Of a DNA stretch of 64,000 bases, positions 59,390 to 64,000 are shown piece by piece; within the stretch, counting starts at the first letter, position 1, and each line of letters starts with the position of its first letter. The position numbers were made by a program, and so were the translations under genes. The stretch lies in the NCBI GenBank assembly GCA_010093605.1, contig MU004188.1, forward strand, positions 809,673-873,672, read 5' to 3'. The notes under the pieces are model-generated. The model ran no database searches and had not been told where the DNA came from. It worked only from the letters and a program-made list of their open reading frames with translations. Source of the DNA: Lophium mytilinum (Eukaryota).

Positions 59390-61021
59390 TCACATTTGGC
59401 CGAGTGGCGCGAATTTGATGCGACACTCGTGTTCCTGGATATCAATGAGCCTTGTGGGGGATGTTCCGGAATGCGGGTAACATACCTCAATCTTATCGAA
59501 CAACTCATCATAGAACATTTCAAATCTACTTGTGATTCCAGGTGAAACATTCTCAAATCCGGGCGCTATAGAAGTCTGGTATCTCCGGTATATGGCGGCC
59601 ACTAGCGCTGTCATCTCAGACATAGCTAAGTGGATGCCAATGCACATTCTACCGCCACTGGAGAATGCCCACCACCACCTATTCATCTCATTGAGCCGTT
59701 CTAGGGGAACATTGAGCCACCTTTCTGGGTTGAATTTGAGAGGATCCTTAAACACATTGGGGTTGCGGTGTAAAGAATACGGTTCAACTCCAACTACCAT
59801 TCCTGCGGGTATCTCGAACGAATCGATGAGAGATGGAGTGAGTAGAGATCGGGGTTCGGTCGCCGGAAGAGGTGTATACAGTCTCAATGCCTCCCTGATC
59901 ACAGCATTTAGATAAGGCAATTTATCTCCGGCTTCGACGAATGGGATTCCATCTCCGTTGAGAGACGATCCCGGAAGATCGGTCACCTCTTGTATAAGTT
60001 TTGCTTGAAACCCGTGATTCTGTGGAAGAGATAGTGCCCAGATCAGGAACATAAGAGTGTCACTTGTTGTGTCGATTCCAGCCAGCAAATGATCCGCACA
60101 TTCGGACGCGATGTCCAAATCATCTAGGCCGTTTGGCTTTTGCGTTTGGTGATGGGTATATAGACGATCTATGATCGTCGGCCCCCTGACTTCGCTTGAC
60201 TTCTTCTTCTGACTTGATTCTTTGAAACGATAAAAGGCAGCAAGAGCGTGCTGCCTAATTCCTGTCATCATGGCTGGCTTCTGCATAGGCAGAACGGGCT
60301 TCAAGATTGCTTCGACTCTTCCAGACCGAGAATATAGCCATTTGGTGAAGCTTGGGAGGTGTACAGCAAACCATGAGAGTCGCCGGCGCGCTGGGTCTAA
60401 CATGTCACTGAGCAGAGCACGATGGCTTTCATTCCCCGTCAGAGCCGATGTTGCTCCGGAGTCTCCGTAAAGGAATCCAGTGATGTTGTCTATAGAATAG
60501 TAATGAAGAGTTCTAAAGATCTCGCTGACACCTTCCGGCTCGGTCTGGATCAGCTCCAGGAATTGCTTCGCCTTTGATTCGACCATAGCTGCAATGGAGC
60601 CTCGGAGCATGACGGTTTTGGAGTAGGCATGGGCAACGAGCTTCTTTCTGTCTCCGTGGTCTTTGCCTGAAGCAAAAGAGAACAGGTTTGGCCGGCCGTA
60701 GGCATCGAACATGCCATAATAGTTGGTTCTCTGGAAGCCGCTTCCTGCTCCGTAGATAGTCCGCAAAGCGGTGGGGCTTTTGAAGGATACTTCATCAGGG
60801 CCTATCCGAACCACAGGGCCGTACTTCGCATGGAGCTGACAAATAGTGCGTGTTCTCCTGCCTCGAAAATCCTCGTATGCAAGTCGCCAGCTTGAAATAG
60901 AAAAGGTCCATGGTCCTGGGATGTTGTGATGCGAGGATGCTCCGTGGCCCTTGGTGAAGAAGAGGCGTACTATGTATGCTGCGGCTATGAGTCCTACGAG
61001 ATACAATGTCGCCAATGCCAT
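59390..61021 (-). CDS. Cytochrome P450 monooxygenase
   Basis: N-terminal TM anchor, IPGP, KYGPVVRIGP, I-helix AGIDTT, EALR, PERW, heme motif FSSGGRMCIG; 51-nt in-frame intron 59435-59485. Confidence 0.95.
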   Translation of the reverse strand: MALATLYLVGLIAAAYIVRLFFTKGHGASSHHNIPGPWTFSISSWRLAYEDFRGRRTRTICQLHAKYGPVVRIGPDEVSFKSPTALRTIYGAGSGFQRTNYYGMFDAYGRPNLFSFASGKDHGDRKKLVAHAYSKTVMLRGSIAAMVESKAKQFLELIQTEPEGVSEIFRTLHYYSIDNITGFLYGDSGATSALTGNESHRALLSDMLDPARRRLSWFAVHLPSFTKWLYSRSGRVEAILKPVLPMQKPAMMTGIRQHALAAFYRFKESSQKKKSSEVRGPTIIDRLYTHHQTQKPNGLDDLDIASECADHLLAGIDTTSDTLMFLIWALSLPQNHGFQAKLIQEVTDLPGSSLNGDGIPFVEAGDKLPYLNAVIREALRLYTPLPATEPRSLLTPSLIDSFEIPAGMVVGVEPYSLHRNPNVFKDPLKFNPERWLNVPLERLNEMNRWWWAFSSGGRMCIGIHLAMSEMTALVAAIYRRYQTSIAPGFENVSPGITSRFEMFYDELFDKIEVCYPHSGTSPTRLIDIQEHECRIKFAPLGQM

Positions 61022-61288
61022 GATGAATGGGAGAGCGAGGTCCACATTACCTCAAATTCAGGAATGCGCTTTTAAATAAGCTGTTGGTGGAGGTCGGACG
61101 TAATGGGGTCGTGTAGAGGCGATAAGGGGACGTAATCGGAAAAGCTACGCGCTCTTCTCCGCAACCCCATCTTTCATACTTCTCATGCCACTCCACAAAA
61201 TGGGGGGTTCAAGTAGGCAACCCAGACATTTGGACATTCTCCGTTTTCACTACACAGCCTTCAAGTATCATATTTCCGCCGATTCGCT
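61022..61288. promoter_or_regulatory. Bidirectional promoter between the two P450 genes
   Basis: 267-bp spacer between divergent ATGs; GGACGTAAT occurs twice (61096, 61128); several CGGA/TCCG half-sites. Confidence 0.6.
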
Positions 61289-63259
61289 ATGTCTGTTTTT
61301 GATGAGTCTGTGTTCCGTTCGCCTCTTTTCACAGCTGCAACATGTCTAATCGTCTTCGTAATATACAAGGTCCGTCTTCACCACTAAGTACACAAGGAAG
61401 TGATCTAACCATAAATTCATATAGGCTACCACATACACGGATATACCACATATTAAAGGCCTCCCAGAGATTCCAGGTGCCTGGCCTATCGTCGGTCACC
61501 TGCTGAAGCTTGGAGAAGACCATGCCACAACTTGCGAGAAGTGGTGGAGACAGTATGATAAACCGAGACCTCCCAGATCGCTCAATTTCTCATTTTAAAC
61601 AGGTATAATCACTCCGTATTCCAAATTCGCCTCGGAAACACTCGTGCTGTCGTAGTGAACTCCTTCGAGGATGCCAGGAAAATGCTCGTGGGCAATCAAT
61701 CAGCTCTTATTGATGTAGGTCTAGGCTTCGTAAACCTTTCAAAAGCACCTAGAATCGTAATAGCAGTCGTCCAACAAAATATATCAGCTGACATTCCAGC
61801 GCCCTAAACTGTACACCTTCCACGGAGTCATATCTTCCACTCAAGGCTTCACCATTGGCTCGTCGCCATGGGACGACAGTTGCAAGAACCGACGTAAGGC
61901 GGCTGGAACTGCCCTAGGTCGCTCAATGATGCGAGGCTATTTCCCCATGCTGGATCTAGAATCATACTGTATCGTCAGAGACCTCGAACGAGATAGCGAG
62001 AACGGAGCAACCGAGATCAGCATTCGACCATATATCCAGAGGTATGCGTTGAATACAACGCTAACGCTCTGCTACGGGATCCGTATGGACGCTGTCTATG
62101 ACACTCTTTTACGTGAGATTCTGCATGTGGGATCAGCAATCTCACTCCTTCGGTCGGCTAGCGAGAACTATCAGGATTATATTCCTGCATTGAGGTATCT
62201 TCCAAACAACAAGAAGAATGCATACTCCAAAGAATTACGAGGAAGACGGGATGCATATCTGAATCTTCTATTGGATAAAGTCCGTGTCATGATAGACAAA
62301 GGGACGGATAAGCCCTGCATCTCGGCGGCTATTCTCAAGGATCAAGAAACAAAGCTCACTGGTGTCGAAGTCAGCTCCATCTGCTTGTCTCTTGTCTCTG
62401 GCGGCTTTGAGACCATACCTGGTAGGTTTGAAAAACATACAGTTTACATCTCTGCACTTGAATGCAATTGAGTGAACCACTCCTGCTCATGTGTAGGACT
62501 TGTTCTCTTGGATATTCGCTAACATCACTAGGCACTCTTACTTCGTGTATCGGATCGCTCGCAACACCTGAAGGACAAAAGTTTCAGGAACGAGCTTACC
62601 AAGACATTAAACGACACTATCCAGACACCGAAGACGCTTGGACTAACAGCTACCAAGAGGAAAAAGTACCATATCTCAATGCCATTGTCAAAGAAGCTGG
62701 CCGCTACTACACCGTCAGCTCGATGAGCCTTCCAAGAAAAACAGTTACCGAAGTCATGTGGAATGGTGCCCGAATCCCGCCAAAGACCATGGTCTTGATC
62801 AATGCTCAAGCTGGCAATCATGGTAAGTACTACAACTAACTGTGTCTCAAGCCAAGCTCTCTGACACGTCTAGATACCGATCATTTTGGTCCGACAGCCG
62901 ACAAGTTCGATCCCGAGCGGTGGCTCGAAGATCCGTCGGAACGCTCCAATTTCGCGGAAAAGCCATCGCAAGGCCTCGCTCATCTATCATTCGGAGCTGG
63001 AGCAAGAGCTTGTTCTGGGCAGATCATGGCACAGCGTCTTCTCTGCTCTTCGCTCATCCGGATCATCTCGTCATATCGAATCGTGGCAAGCGAGTCAGAG
63101 CCACCAAACACAGACTATATCGATTACAACCAGTTCAAATCGGCTTTGGTAGCGATCCCTCGAGACTTCAAAGTGAAGTTGATTCCTAGAGATAAGGAGG
63201 GTACTGAGGCCTGCCTAGCATCTGCAAAGGCTCGGACTAGCGAGTTCTACAAAGAATAA
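61289..63259 (+). CDS. Cytochrome P450, CYP504-like (phenylacetate/hydroxyphenylacetate hydroxylase family), 6 exons
   Basis: TDIPHIKGLPEIPG, GHLLKLGEDHA, VFQIRLGNTRAVVVNSF, RPKLYTFHGVISSTQGFTIGSSPWD, QRYALNTTLTLCYG, GTDKPCI, EAGR, FDPERW, FGAGARAC; these segments are typical of PhacA/PhacB-type enzymes. Confidence 0.85.
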
Positions 63260-64000
63260 TCATGAGACCAGAAGCAAAAGCTGACAGCACTCAAACTTCG
63301 ACAACCACACAAAGGCCAACAAAATTAGAGCATCCTCTACCACGTTAGCACTACTAAGGTTTATGGCCAGCTTAGTCTGCTCTTTAGTTGTTACATCAAA
63401 TTTACATTAAATAAAGTGCCGGCATCTCTATATCACGTGACGATTTCACATCGGTAAGATCTTCAAGACATCTGCAGCTTGCCAGCATATATCAATCACT
63501 GGCCATTCCCTATCCGCTTTTCAACGATTCTCTATCACACACCGTCTTTCGACGTTAGGGCGAAGAAGCCTACAACTACGATGAAGGCACACCGACATTG
63601 CGTTCGAGCCCGTGTCGGTGGATTATGTGATTGACGGATATGCTGGAGATCGAAAGAAACGCTTTCCTCGCGTCTGGCTAAGACTGGTATGACTACCTCC
63701 CTCCTCCCGTATCAGGTCTATTGGACTAGTTTCTGAGACTGGCTATGGAGATTCCTGTTATGCAGGGTCGGTATCGGTGAAGTTGGGAGAATGATGGTGC
63801 GATTTGGGATGATCAGAGCGTGTTTCATACTGCGACGCATACCTATGAGGAGTTGAGGTATTCGAGTAAGATTTGTACGGTAAAGTTGGGCGAGCCGTCC
63901 TTCGATCCGGAGAGCTTGGGAAGGAGGGGGAGGGGGATGTACTGTACGAAACAAAGTTCAGGGTCAGGCAACTTGGTCACCAAAGCGGCACCCGACACAG

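Noticed and set aside
63718..64000. Short minus-strand ORFs at the window end
   Set aside because: No motif; truncated context prevents a call.
1..64000. tRNA, rRNA, CRISPR arrays, and readthrough-derived peroxisomal signals (TGA CTA...SKL)
   Set aside because: None recognised by eye; a tRNAscan/Infernal run would be needed to exclude small RNAs.

Overview
Gene-dense genomic DNA from a filamentous ascomycete: short GT-AG introns with CTAAC/CTGAC branch points and RIP-like mutation in repeats; Dothideomycetes is a guess from protein flavour only. About 21 intron-containing protein genes can be read. Housekeeping genes: mito uL10, Fpg glycosylase, Rpp40, a PHD chromatin protein, SHB17-like phosphatase, Mtr amino-acid permease, PEMT/OPI3, NAT1, TBCE, CK2 beta-2, PI-PLC, NPL6/RSC7, SF3a2/PRP11. 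Other genes: an ER-type (signal peptide + KDEL) ureohydrolase, a tocopherol-cyclase-like protein, an MFS transporter, a secreted Thr-rich protein, a head-to-head pair of homologous His-rich 'allergen-like' genes, and an SDR + two divergent cytochrome P450s (one CYP504-like) at the right end. Mobile DNA: a full-length RIP-inactivated Tc1-type (DD34E) transposon with 48-bp perfect TIRs and TA duplication, a 153-bp hAT-type MITE with an 8-bp TSD, a second truncated end of that family, and an AT-rich relic. Most interesting observations: (1) the SF3a2 gene needs a GC-AG intron whose donor overlaps a competing frameshifting GT donor 4 nt downstream; (2) the SDR/P450/P450 mini-cluster; (3) UGCAU clusters after the stops of two chromatin-regulator genes; (4) a recurring C-rich to G-rich flip at gene 3' ends; (5) an ORF nested in the long first intron of CK2 beta. 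No tRNA, rRNA or CRISPR was recognised. All family calls come from motif recognition by eye, not from database searches.
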